Shown here: piece by piece, positions 29,978 through 38,896 of the stretch
How the letters are laid out: the number at the start of each line of letters is the position of its first letter
How positions within the stretch are numbered: the first letter of the stretch is position 1
Source of the DNA: an uncultured Bacteroidota bacterium
Lineage (GTDB): Bacteria > Bacteroidota > Bacteroidia > Bacteroidales > UBA10428
DNA: 64,000 nucleotides
Assembly (NCBI GenBank): GCA_963733535.1
Contig: CAVTDR010000002.1
Location: 111,775 to 175,774 of the forward strand
Direction: 5' to 3'
The notes under the pieces: model-generated
What the model saw: the letters and a program-made list of their open reading frames with translations, nothing else
Database searches by the model: none
What the model was told of the DNA's origin: nothing
Translations under genes and position numbers: made by a program

Positions 29978-30664
29978 TTAAGGAATTGACTTAAAAAAGT
30001 CAAGGACAATATTTATTTTTTCTGGTATTATTTTTTCACCAACGACAAATGAAGGTATAAAGAGTAGTAATATTAAAAAAACATCACCAATGAATGAATA
30101 TGTGAATGGACCTAATGATTTTAATTTAGGTCTACTAAAATTCCATTCAGAACTAGTATTAATTCCACCCTTTTCGTAGGTAACTAAATTTATTTGTTTG
30201 CTTACTAGTGTTGCTTCCAACATGAAATTAGAAAAAGTTGAAGTAATTAAAGAAGTTTTTTTAAAAAAACTTGTTGAATGCCACCTGGTACCTAAAACTA
30301 AGAATGTATCTGAAAATCTTTCAACAATAACCGTAAATAGACGGATTCCATAGTAAATTGAGTATTCAAGTTTAGAAAAAAGCTTAAAAGACCCATTTTC
30401 CAAACTTTCAAAAAGATGAATAAGAAGCCCTGAAAATGCGACAATTCTAAGAGATAGAATCAAATTGTCATTAAATGGTTTATTGGCTAAAAAATAATTC
30501 AGTATAAAAAGTAAAGATGCAAAGATTATTGGATACACCTTAAAGAGTTTAATGCTTCGTTCACGATATGCCGCCCTAATAAATAGGCATGAAACAGGTA
30601 TTAAGAAACACCAAACTGTGTTTGCGAATAATAGCCATAATATTATTAGTAAAATAAGTATCAT
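29978..30664 (-). CDS. ECF-transporter T-component-like membrane protein (divergent)
   Basis: Multi-TM protein positioned between an ECF-type ATPase and cobT. The ORF could extend to 30712. Confidence 0.5.
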   Translation of the reverse strand: MILILLIILWLLFANTVWCFLIPVSCLFIRAAYRERSIKLFKVYPIIFASLLFILNYFLANKPFNDNLILSLRIVAFSGLLIHLFESLENGSFKLFSKLEYSIYYGIRLFTVIVERFSDTFLVLGTRWHSTSFFKKTSLITSTFSNFMLEATLVSKQINLVTYEKGGINTSSEWNFSRPKLKSLGPFTYSFIGDVFLILLLFIPSFVVGEKIIPEKINIVLDFFKSIP

Positions 30665-30665
30665 T

Positions 30666-31988
30666 TTATATGTATTTAATTGTTCTACATAAACCCGATA
30701 TTGCTTTGTCATGATTAAAAATTATAATAGCTTGATTTTGAAAGCTATTAAGCAGTTTGATAAAAGCAATTTTGCTTTTATAATCTAAACCTGTTGTTGG
30801 TTCATCTAATATTGTGAGTGATTTCGAGTAATATAAAGCACAGGCTATACTTAGCAATTTTTGCTTTGCTCTACAAAGATTTCTTGGGTGAGATTGCCAT
30901 AAGCTTTCGTCAATGCCACATAAGGTTAATAATTTATTAACAGGTAATTCATTCCATATTTTCCAATGGATGAATGACCTTTCTGGAAATTGAAGTGAAA
31001 TACCCGGTCTAATTTTTTTCTTTGATTTTATAAGTTTACCGTTATACTTTTTAATTTTTCCAGTTAATATGCGACCTAAAGTTGTTTTACCACAGCCATT
31101 ATTACCTTCAATAATTACTATTTCGTTTTCTTTTAATTCAAATGAAATAGGTTTTGTTCTGTTCTCAACATAGACATCTATTACGTCTAACAAATTGTCA
31201 CCAATTACACGATATAAAAGATTATCTTTTAGTTTTTTACCTACGATATCATCAGGAAGAAATATTTGCGAATCATAAGGAGAGTCAGTGATAATTCCAT
31301 TTTTATCACCATATAATTCTTTTACACCATGTCCAATAAGTTTGATTTCTTCTGGAGAAAGGCCATGAAGAATAGCGGAACCACCCAATAGGACGTATTC
31401 ATTTAGCCATTTTAGAAATGCTGTTAAAAAGTCTTTGTCTAAGTTTGAAGAACTAAAATCAGCAATAATTAATTTGGGTTTTCTTTCAAATGCATTTGCA
31501 CAAATTAAACGATGTTTTTCACCACCTGAAATAACCTCGGTTTTTCTATCAATTATCTCATATAAACCATATCTAATAAGGTCAGTAGAATGTGGAGTCT
31601 TATTTATTAAAGAAAAAGAATAAAAAAAGTCATCTCTTACTGTTCGTCCAAAAATTGCAATATCTGGATTTTCGTAAATGAAACTTATTTTCTGAGCTCT
31701 TTCTTTTTTAGGTATTTTATATAATTCAATTCCTTCGAGCTTAATAAAGGATAATTCTTCAAGATTAATTTCAATAGGCTGTCTTTCAAGATTATTATCT
31801 TCACCAGGCTTTGTGAGATTTCTCGCAGTATGTAAACCTGAAATTAGGAATAAAAAGTCTTGAGAACTGAATTCAGATTCCGCAAATAGATGAATTATTT
31901 CACCTTTGTTTAAACAAAATCCACTTGAGGAATATTTTTTGTCTTGAATTTCATAACTAAATGCATCACAGGTTAATAAAGGATTCAT
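30666..31988 (-). CDS. Fused double ABC ATPase (ECF A-A' type) with one degenerate site
   Basis: NBD2 has Walker A GNNGCGKTT and Walker B ILDEPTTGLD, but its signature is LCRAKQKL. NBD1 lacks a Walker A (AESEFSSQDF) but keeps the signature SGGEKHRL. Confidence 0.75.
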   Translation of the reverse strand: MNPLLTCDAFSYEIQDKKYSSSGFCLNKGEIIHLFAESEFSSQDFLFLISGLHTARNLTKPGEDNNLERQPIEINLEELSFIKLEGIELYKIPKKERAQKISFIYENPDIAIFGRTVRDDFFYSFSLINKTPHSTDLIRYGLYEIIDRKTEVISGGEKHRLICANAFERKPKLIIADFSSSNLDKDFLTAFLKWLNEYVLLGGSAILHGLSPEEIKLIGHGVKELYGDKNGIITDSPYDSQIFLPDDIVGKKLKDNLLYRVIGDNLLDVIDVYVENRTKPISFELKENEIVIIEGNNGCGKTTLGRILTGKIKKYNGKLIKSKKKIRPGISLQFPERSFIHWKIWNELPVNKLLTLCGIDESLWQSHPRNLCRAKQKLLSIACALYYSKSLTILDEPTTGLDYKSKIAFIKLLNSFQNQAIIIFNHDKAISGLCRTIKYI

Positions 31989-31992
31989 CTTA

Positions 31993-32505
31993 TTATAAAT
32001 TTGAAATTTTTGTTCTAACGATTAAAAGATATGCTATGATGGCCATAATAATGTTTGCTGCGGCAGCAAATAATAAAAATGGAATCAAAGAAGTTGCTAC
32101 AGCCTTTTCAAGATTAAAAACTGGTGTAATCATTAATAATAGAGGACCAATTATGCCATTTAGCAAAACAGCTATAATTCCACTAATAAAAAGGTAAATT
32201 TTTTGACGTTTAATTTTTGAAATGTATCCAAAAATCAGACACCAGAAAAACATTTCTACAGCAACATAAATATGTAAGCCTCCGAAAGGAAAACCAGCAG
32301 TAGCAGCAGAGCCAATATGACCAATTAATCCTACAAAAGCACCAACTAATGGAGTAAAAAATACTGCGGCGAAAAAGGCAGGAGCTGAATCAAGTGCTAT
32401 AGAACCTGCAGGACCAGGAATCTTAATAAGACCTAGTGCTGTTGAAACAACTGAGAAAATGATTATTGCAATCAAATTTCTGCTTGAAAATGAGTCATTC
32501 TTCAT
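31993..32505 (-). CDS. ECF-transporter S-component-like membrane protein
   Basis: 170 aa with 5-6 TM segments and Gly/Ala-rich helices. Sits immediately upstream of the ATPase. Confidence 0.55.
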   Translation of the reverse strand: MKNDSFSSRNLIAIIIFSVVSTALGLIKIPGPAGSIALDSAPAFFAAVFFTPLVGAFVGLIGHIGSAATAGFPFGGLHIYVAVEMFFWCLIFGYISKIKRQKIYLFISGIIAVLLNGIIGPLLLMITPVFNLEKAVATSLIPFLLFAAAANIIMAIIAYLLIVRTKISNL

Positions 32506-33355
32506 AATTATAGGTTTTTATAATATTAATAAATTGGAAATAGTTTTCATTAAAAGTGAAGGATTCAATAATAGGAAGACCATCAAATGATAAAATATAC
32601 TCATATAATTGCTTCGTAGTATATATTTCGACCATAAGCCTTAAAATTCGATAATTGGGATGTTTATCAATCTTGTTGGAGAATATTGTAGAATTCATTG
32701 CTTTAAGCTTAAAATCAACGAGTAAAGAAATTATATCTCTTAAAGATGTAATATTCTTAGTAATTAATCTACTTAATTCGTCTTCTTCAATTGATGGCAC
32801 TTGTATTAAATTGATACATGATTTTTTTATTTCATTGAGAAAATTATTCATCGATTTGACGATACTGCCATTAAGCTTGGGATTAAACTCTCTATAGCTC
32901 GTATAATAAAAAGATTTATACAATGTGTTCCAAAGACTATAAAAGTCAAATGCTTCTTCTTTTTCTAATTCCTTTATTAAAGAAGTTTCTTTTATATAAT
33001 CTCTGAATTCCTTTCTATGTAAAAAGTAGTTTTTCAAATTTTCACTTTCCTTATAATTCTTTAATTGATAGTTTGTTCTTTTTAATGTCTCTTCATTTTG
33101 ATTAAGTCTTACAATCGAAACTTTTATGGTAAGAACAGTTATAAAAGCAGCAGCGATTTTAATGCTTGTGCTGTATATAGAAATAAAATTATTAATTCCT
33201 TCTATGCTAAAAAGTAGCTTCAGAGGCCATTCTTCTTTAACAGTTACAAAAATTGAAACAATTAGAATTATAAATAATAAGGCTATAATTGCATTAATTG
33301 CTAAAGTCCAAAGTTTTAAACTAAAGCTGGGTGAGTTATTTAAATCTACTTCCAT
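32495..33355 (-). CDS. Hypothetical membrane-anchored protein
   Basis: 286 aa with 2-3 N-terminal TM helices and a helical soluble tail. It overlaps the S-component start by 11 nt and lies 17 nt after pAgo. Confidence 0.5.
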   Translation of the reverse strand: MEVDLNNSPSFSLKLWTLAINAIIALLFIILIVSIFVTVKEEWPLKLLFSIEGINNFISIYSTSIKIAAAFITVLTIKVSIVRLNQNEETLKRTNYQLKNYKESENLKNYFLHRKEFRDYIKETSLIKELEKEEAFDFYSLWNTLYKSFYYTSYREFNPKLNGSIVKSMNNFLNEIKKSCINLIQVPSIEEDELSRLITKNITSLRDIISLLVDFKLKAMNSTIFSNKIDKHPNYRILRLMVEIYTTKQLYEYILSFDGLPIIESFTFNENYFQFINIIKTYNYEE

Positions 33356-33372
33356 ATATAGAAATCTTTATA

Positions 33373-35478
33373 TTATAAAAACCACAAATTATCTTTCCCG
33401 AATGGTGGTATTTCGTGCCCTTCGAAGTGAGGGAACATTTCGGCCACTAATTCGGGGTATTTAATTGTTACTGGTAAATTTTGTTGCCTAACGGATTTCC
33501 AATACATCCGACTGAATTGATAGACCTGGTTTAATAGCTCTTTTATGACTTTATAATCCTTTTCAAGCTCTCTTTTATTACAGGTAATCTTAACCTTAAT
33601 GGGGAAGGGGAACCCGTCTTTTACATTGAAATTACTGTTTTTATAGCGTGTATTGTTGAACAGGAGAAACTGATTATATCCTATGTTTATAAATGTTCCG
33701 CTATGTGGCATTAGGTTATCAAAGTTATTGTCGAAAGCAACAATATCGTGCGATTCGGTTTTATTGATTGATACTATGTAAACAGGTACGTTTATTCCGA
33801 GGTTTTTCAAACCATTTTCTATGGGTTCAAGCTCTTTCTGGCTAATGTTTTTGTAAAAATGAATGATTAGTCTTTGTAGATTCCGGTTTACTGATGCGTA
33901 TTCTTTAACAGACCTGATTATTGAACCAGCAAGTTCATCAATCTGGTTATTCATAAAACATTCGAAACGGTTGAATTTTCCATTGTTGTTAAAGCTAAAG
34001 GCACTGCCAATGTATTGTATGTTTTCATCCAAATTCCGGAAAGCACCAACGCCCACGATTAACTCGTTACGTAAAGGAACATCCAAACGCCAGGGAACGC
34101 CGTCTAATTTGGCTAAAACAGCAATTGAAATGTTATTAAGGCTAAATATATAGCTGGTATTGCTTTTAATCTTTTGAGCGTCTATTGTCTGTGAGGTTAT
34201 TTTGTGTTTTAACAGTAATTCTTTAATCTTATAATAAATGGCCTTTTCCGATTTGGTGGCATTGTCTTTGGCAAAGGGGCTTATATATATTGCTATGTAG
34301 CGTACTTCGTCTTTAAATTCACGCTTACGCAGATATTCTTCGATTTCGGGTAGTGGGTTCTCTTGATTATTAAACACAATACTAAAGCCCGGCAAGGTGA
34401 AAAACGGAACTTTGGCAAAGTTTGTAAGGCCTTTGAATGAGATGTTATCGAAGTGTAACCCTTTTTCAAGAAATTCCTTTAATTGTGTGGCTTTGTCTTT
34501 ATCTGAATTGTGGCAAATAAAAAAGAACTGTACTTTATTGTATGGCGATACTTCGAGCGGACCATGTTTGTCCATTCCTAAATAGGGTACACTGTGGTAT
34601 TTCTTATCGCCAAATAAAAGCAGGTTGCTGTTATCGGCTACTTCACCAATTTTAACATCTTCAACCGGAATAAAACTATCCGATACAAGGGGAATTACTT
34701 TTTTGAACTCCTCAGTATTCAGGTAGGTAATGTAAAAATCAGTTATATGCTTTTTGAATTTTAGATAGGGGTTTGTTTTATCTGGTTTATCGCCTGGCTG
34801 GTTTAAGGCATCCCTGATATCGAAATTCCAAACAGGAAACACTACGTTCAGGTTTCTTTGCCCTTCTTCTGATAAATCTTCGTGCCGGATTAAATTATTC
34901 CGAAAAATAACCCAGTTAAAACATTCAGGGGCAACCTCCGACATTAGCGTAACAATACTTTTACGGAATACCTTTGAAACACCGGCATAGGCTATGAGCA
35001 ATTCGGGGTCTCCGGTAATGCGGCCAAACTGGACTTTCAGCGTGTATTTTTCAAAAAGGTTGTATTCGTTATTTATCTGTTTTGAAGCTATCCAGATTTC
35101 GGTATCGCAAACAAAATTAGGGTTTACAATAAATCCATTGCTTTTAAAATAATCGTGTATTTGCTTATTGTAATATCGTTTTAAAAGCGAGGCTGTAAAG
35201 GCCGAGTTTTTAACCTTAACAGTTTTTTCTTCATCTTCTTCGGAAGTAATGTAAGTCGGTATGCTGTTTTTGGTTACAGCAAACAAACCGCTGTGGTTAT
35301 TGGTATATTGGGTATAATAGTGTTCCTGTTCCCCAAATTGTTCTCTTACCTCATTGGGTACTAATGTATGAAACACCCTGAAAGAATTTTCTACTTCTTC
35401 ATTCGAGAAATGAAAGGTGTATTCATCCGAAGGATGTTTAAAAGTTAGGATATTAAAGGTAAGATTTGGCGTACTCAT
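33373..35478 (-). CDS. Prokaryotic Argonaute, long and catalytically inactive (long-B-like)
   Basis: 701 aa. MID-like AIYYKIKELLLKHKITSQTIDAQKIK and PIWI core NISIAVLAKLDGVPWRL. Catalytic positions are substituted: IVGVGAF replaces G-x-D-V, and IIHFYKN replaces ..RDG. Confidence 0.8.
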   Translation of the reverse strand: MSTPNLTFNILTFKHPSDEYTFHFSNEEVENSFRVFHTLVPNEVREQFGEQEHYYTQYTNNHSGLFAVTKNSIPTYITSEEDEEKTVKVKNSAFTASLLKRYYNKQIHDYFKSNGFIVNPNFVCDTEIWIASKQINNEYNLFEKYTLKVQFGRITGDPELLIAYAGVSKVFRKSIVTLMSEVAPECFNWVIFRNNLIRHEDLSEEGQRNLNVVFPVWNFDIRDALNQPGDKPDKTNPYLKFKKHITDFYITYLNTEEFKKVIPLVSDSFIPVEDVKIGEVADNSNLLLFGDKKYHSVPYLGMDKHGPLEVSPYNKVQFFFICHNSDKDKATQLKEFLEKGLHFDNISFKGLTNFAKVPFFTLPGFSIVFNNQENPLPEIEEYLRKREFKDEVRYIAIYISPFAKDNATKSEKAIYYKIKELLLKHKITSQTIDAQKIKSNTSYIFSLNNISIAVLAKLDGVPWRLDVPLRNELIVGVGAFRNLDENIQYIGSAFSFNNNGKFNRFECFMNNQIDELAGSIIRSVKEYASVNRNLQRLIIHFYKNISQKELEPIENGLKNLGINVPVYIVSINKTESHDIVAFDNNFDNLMPHSGTFINIGYNQFLLFNNTRYKNSNFNVKDGFPFPIKVKITCNKRELEKDYKVIKELLNQVYQFSRMYWKSVRQQNLPVTIKYPELVAEMFPHFEGHEIPPFGKDNLWFL

Positions 35479-35492
35479 GCTATTAATGTTCT

Positions 35493-36836
35493 TTATATAT
35501 CATCGAATTGCTCTATTATTTCTTTTGCTGTGATTACTGAATTCATACTCTTTATTGTATCAATAATTTGGGATAGCAATAATTTGTCTTTGGTTTTATA
35601 GGCTAACAAGTACAAAAGAGCTTCTGAAGTCAATAGTATAAATCTCTTTACTTGTGTATTCCAGGTAATTTCATCAATAAAGTTGGTTAGGTCTGATTTA
35701 AAGGAATTACTTACGATAATAAAACCAATCTTTCTAAATCCTTCTTTTTCGAGCTTTGGGCAATAATAACTGATATATTCCCGGATAGCCCTATCATCGG
35801 TGCCTAATGTATAACCACTACCATAAGCTTTAGCATCAACAATAAACGCAGTGTGTTCTTCTCTGAATTTAATAATTGCATCAGGGTTGCGACCTGTTCC
35901 TTGCCCAAGTATTTCAACCTCAAAGTCCATCAATTTAAAAATTTCGGCCACCATTTGCTCATACTCGCTTCCTTTAGCTGAAGCTGATTTTTCAGAATGG
36001 TTACCTAATTCCACCAATTTGGCTACTTTGGGTATCAGGTATTCATAAATATCAAAATTTGCTTTAAGTTCAATTGTTTCAGCAGTTTCTGAAACACTGG
36101 CTTTATTCTCAGTTTGTTCGTGTTTTGTCTTTTTATGTGCCACAATTGGCTTTCCAGTAAAGTTCCAAAAAGCATGTTCGGCATCCCAATTGGTAATATC
36201 TTTTTTAGTATGTGATTTTAATACTTCTTTTATTTCTTCGTTAAGGTTATAGAAATATTCATATGTAGCACTCTGGGATTTCTGTTCTTTCCAAATATTG
36301 AGTTCTTTAAATGCATTGATTAAAGAAGTATAAAGTATAGGCCATTTTTGATTATTATGTATTTGCCAGAAATATGATAGGAAATAACCTGTTGAACCAG
36401 GATTGGGAGCCTTTCGTTTGTCTTTTGCCTTGATAAAATAGCTGTTTGCATATTTCTCTAATGCTTCTATCTTTTTGAGAGCATTAGGCAGGTCTTTAGG
36501 CAAGGTAATGGTTTCTTTTATAAGAGCAGTTATTTGTTCCATGTTCTGTTCGCTACTATTTGTTAGCTGGTTAAAAAACATTTGCCCTTTTGTAGCTGTA
36601 AAGCCCCAAAGATTATTACGTTTATTAAAGCTGTCGATATTCGTTTTAAACTCAATCAGAGTATACTCACCTTTTAAGAAAGTACCGATATATTCCTGCA
36701 ACTTTGTAAATGCTTTTATCCTATTGCTATCAATATTTTCAAGAGGTTTACCTTTAGTATCTAAAACTGTTTGATTTGCTTTTATATAGGCATCCCAAAT
36801 TGAGTTTATTTGTTTAATTGTATTTGATGGTATCAT
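35493..36836 (-). CDS. pAgo-associated nuclease with FokI-type PD-(D/E)xK cleavage domain
   Basis: The C-terminal GRNPDAII...FIVDAKAYGSGYTLG resembles the FokI catalytic segment (..KPDGAIY...IVDTKAYSGGYNL, recalled from memory). The start is set at the Met 1 nt after the upstream stop. Confidence 0.7.
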   Translation of the reverse strand: MIPSNTIKQINSIWDAYIKANQTVLDTKGKPLENIDSNRIKAFTKLQEYIGTFLKGEYTLIEFKTNIDSFNKRNNLWGFTATKGQMFFNQLTNSSEQNMEQITALIKETITLPKDLPNALKKIEALEKYANSYFIKAKDKRKAPNPGSTGYFLSYFWQIHNNQKWPILYTSLINAFKELNIWKEQKSQSATYEYFYNLNEEIKEVLKSHTKKDITNWDAEHAFWNFTGKPIVAHKKTKHEQTENKASVSETAETIELKANFDIYEYLIPKVAKLVELGNHSEKSASAKGSEYEQMVAEIFKLMDFEVEILGQGTGRNPDAIIKFREEHTAFIVDAKAYGSGYTLGTDDRAIREYISYYCPKLEKEGFRKIGFIIVSNSFKSDLTNFIDEITWNTQVKRFILLTSEALLYLLAYKTKDKLLLSQIIDTIKSMNSVITAKEIIEQFDDI

Positions 36837-36837
36837 A

Positions 36838-37482
36838 TTAGAAATCTTCAAGTGAACTACTTTTAAAAGTTTTATTTCTTCCAAAGGCATAAGCAAAAGC
36901 AATAAGGACAACTGTTCCTAGAAAAATAGTTAGAAGCGTGTTTTTTATTTTTATAGAGAAAAAGATTGTATGAAAAAGACCAGCAACAAACCATACAAAA
37001 AGAAACACTTGACCAATTGAGATATTTATTTTAGACACTGAATAAGCTCCAGCCTCTTTAGAAAAAATACTGTTTTTAAACTTGTTTCTTTTGTAAAATT
37101 TAAGATTTGGATAATTAAAACCTCCTATTTTACTTGCTTTTTTGGTAGTATATTTTTCATCTGTTTCAAGCGCTCCAATTGCCTTCTCATAATTTTCGTA
37201 CCAGGCTTTTGAGCCTTTACCCATTTTAATCCAAAGAATTGAAAAAACTATACCTAATAATGAAATGATATAACCTAATACATTAAGAAATATAAAGCTA
37301 TCAATGTTTTCTGGTTTCAAATAATCAGGAATTTTAATTAAGACTGCTCCATAGCCGGTAAAGCACAACACAAGAAATGCAGTTAAAAAAATTGAACGCT
37401 GCCATAAATTGGAAAGCTCAAAATCCCGACAACGCCAAAATGTTTCGTGAATATCCCTTATATCAATTTTATCTTCCTTCAT
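36838..37482 (-). CDS. Four-TM hypothetical membrane protein
   Basis: 214 aa with two TM pairs separated by a soluble loop. Wedged between the specificity subunit and the nuclease. Confidence 0.5.
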   Translation of the reverse strand: MKEDKIDIRDIHETFWRCRDFELSNLWQRSIFLTAFLVLCFTGYGAVLIKIPDYLKPENIDSFIFLNVLGYIISLLGIVFSILWIKMGKGSKAWYENYEKAIGALETDEKYTTKKASKIGGFNYPNLKFYKRNKFKNSIFSKEAGAYSVSKINISIGQVFLFVWFVAGLFHTIFFSIKIKNTLLTIFLGTVVLIAFAYAFGRNKTFKSSSLEDF

Positions 37483-37486
37483 ATAT

Positions 37487-38896
37487 TTAACCTAATATCA
37501 TTTTTTCAACTTCCTGTTTTGCAGAATCTAATATACTTATTGCATCTTCTTTTTGGGATTTAGCTTGTAAATGTATATCTTGAATATGTTTAGCAATTTC
37601 GTTTTGTTTTTCTATTGGAGGTAATGGGATTTTTAACGATTTTAATAAATCAAGACCTATGCCTGATTGGTTATTCCAGTTTGTACAAATGGAATAAAAT
37701 ACTTTATGCCTTTGATACAGATTAAGCATTATCCATAAGTAGTCAGGATTTATCTTCTCTTTAGCAACCTTAATTTTAGTAATATGGTTGGAATAACACA
37801 GTTCTATTTGCTCTTTAAGAATGGCTGTTTTTCCAACTAATTCCTGACTATTAGTATTATTAAAAAGAACATCATCAACATCAAGGCAGTCGAATTCTGA
37901 ATCATAAGGAATATAAACATTTCTATCAAACTTAAGCAGGCCGTTTTCGTCAATATTTGTTGGCCGTATTTGTATAATTCCATTTCCGTCTATTGCTTGG
38001 TCTTGTTTTCCAGCACCTATACCAGACTTAAATTTTATGGCTATTTCTTTCAATTCTATACTTTGATAGCTACCCGAATTGAATTTTGATAAATCTGATG
38101 CGTAAAAAATAGGGTCTAATCTTTCGCCAGTAACTTTACTAAACAATGTAGTGAAAATCCTACTTTCTAATGAGTTGTCCTTTTCATGCAAATGAATCCC
38201 TAATTCATTTAATAGATAAGTATCTATACTTGCCATAAGTTTGAAGGCTTGCGTCTCTTTTATTTTTTTTGCGGCGTAAGAGCTTTCAATTAAATCAACA
38301 ATTTTTTGTTGTATTTTTATTGGAGGAATAGGAATCATTAAAGATTTGTACTCCTCTGCATTTATGTTTGGCTGACCAGCTGCTCTTTGAATTGACTTAA
38401 CCCAATTTTGGTAAGGTGATAGCTGCGAGTAAGTAAAAAAATAGCTAGGTAAAATAAGGGTTTCATCTACTACAATTCTAATCATATAACCTGCAAAAAA
38501 ACAATCATAGGTTACGTTATTCTTATTGTGAAGATATGCTTTGCCTACAGTTGCACCGCTTCTTGCCAATAAAATATCATTATTATTTAAAATATATTTT
38601 TCTTCAATTGTCTCTGCTGTTACCCCTATTGAGTCCTTTAAAAGCCCATATTCATCAATATCTGTAATCCTAATATATCGTGCTTCAGATAAAGATTTTC
38701 TTTCAATTCCACTTTCATTTGCGCCATATTGTGGCGCTTTTTTTAATAAATTCTTAAGAGCAATTGAATTGAATTTAAAGGATTTAGTTTTTCTATTGTA
38801 TAAAACCATTTCTGGGTCAATTCTACCTGCCAATTCAGACCGATTGACGAGAAAAATCTTATTTGGAACATTATGTATAGATAGACTGAATATCAT
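37487..38896 (-). CDS. Restriction-modification specificity subunit (HsdS-like, two TRDs)
   Basis: Conserved central (IPPIKIQQKIVDLIE) and C-terminal (LPPIEKQNEIAKHIQ) helices. Confidence 0.85.
   Translation of the reverse strand: MIFSLSIHNVPNKIFLVNRSELAGRIDPEMVLYNRKTKSFKFNSIALKNLLKKAPQYGANESGIERKSLSEARYIRITDIDEYGLLKDSIGVTAETIEEKYILNNNDILLARSGATVGKAYLHNKNNVTYDCFFAGYMIRIVVDETLILPSYFFTYSQLSPYQNWVKSIQRAAGQPNINAEEYKSLMIPIPPIKIQQKIVDLIESSYAAKKIKETQAFKLMASIDTYLLNELGIHLHEKDNSLESRIFTTLFSKVTGERLDPIFYASDLSKFNSGSYQSIELKEIAIKFKSGIGAGKQDQAIDGNGIIQIRPTNIDENGLLKFDRNVYIPYDSEFDCLDVDDVLFNNTNSQELVGKTAILKEQIELCYSNHITKIKVAKEKINPDYLWIMLNLYQRHKVFYSICTNWNNQSGIGLDLLKSLKIPLPPIEKQNEIAKHIQDIHLQAKSQKEDAISILDSAKQEVEKMILG

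Noticed and set aside
32506-33372. Cobalamin riboswitch upstream of the ECF-cobT module
   Set aside because: There is no non-coding space, because the S-component gene overlaps the upstream ORF. I also did not see a B12-box-like GCCACTG core in the neighbouring non-coding DNA on the appropriate strand. A covariance-model scan is still needed.
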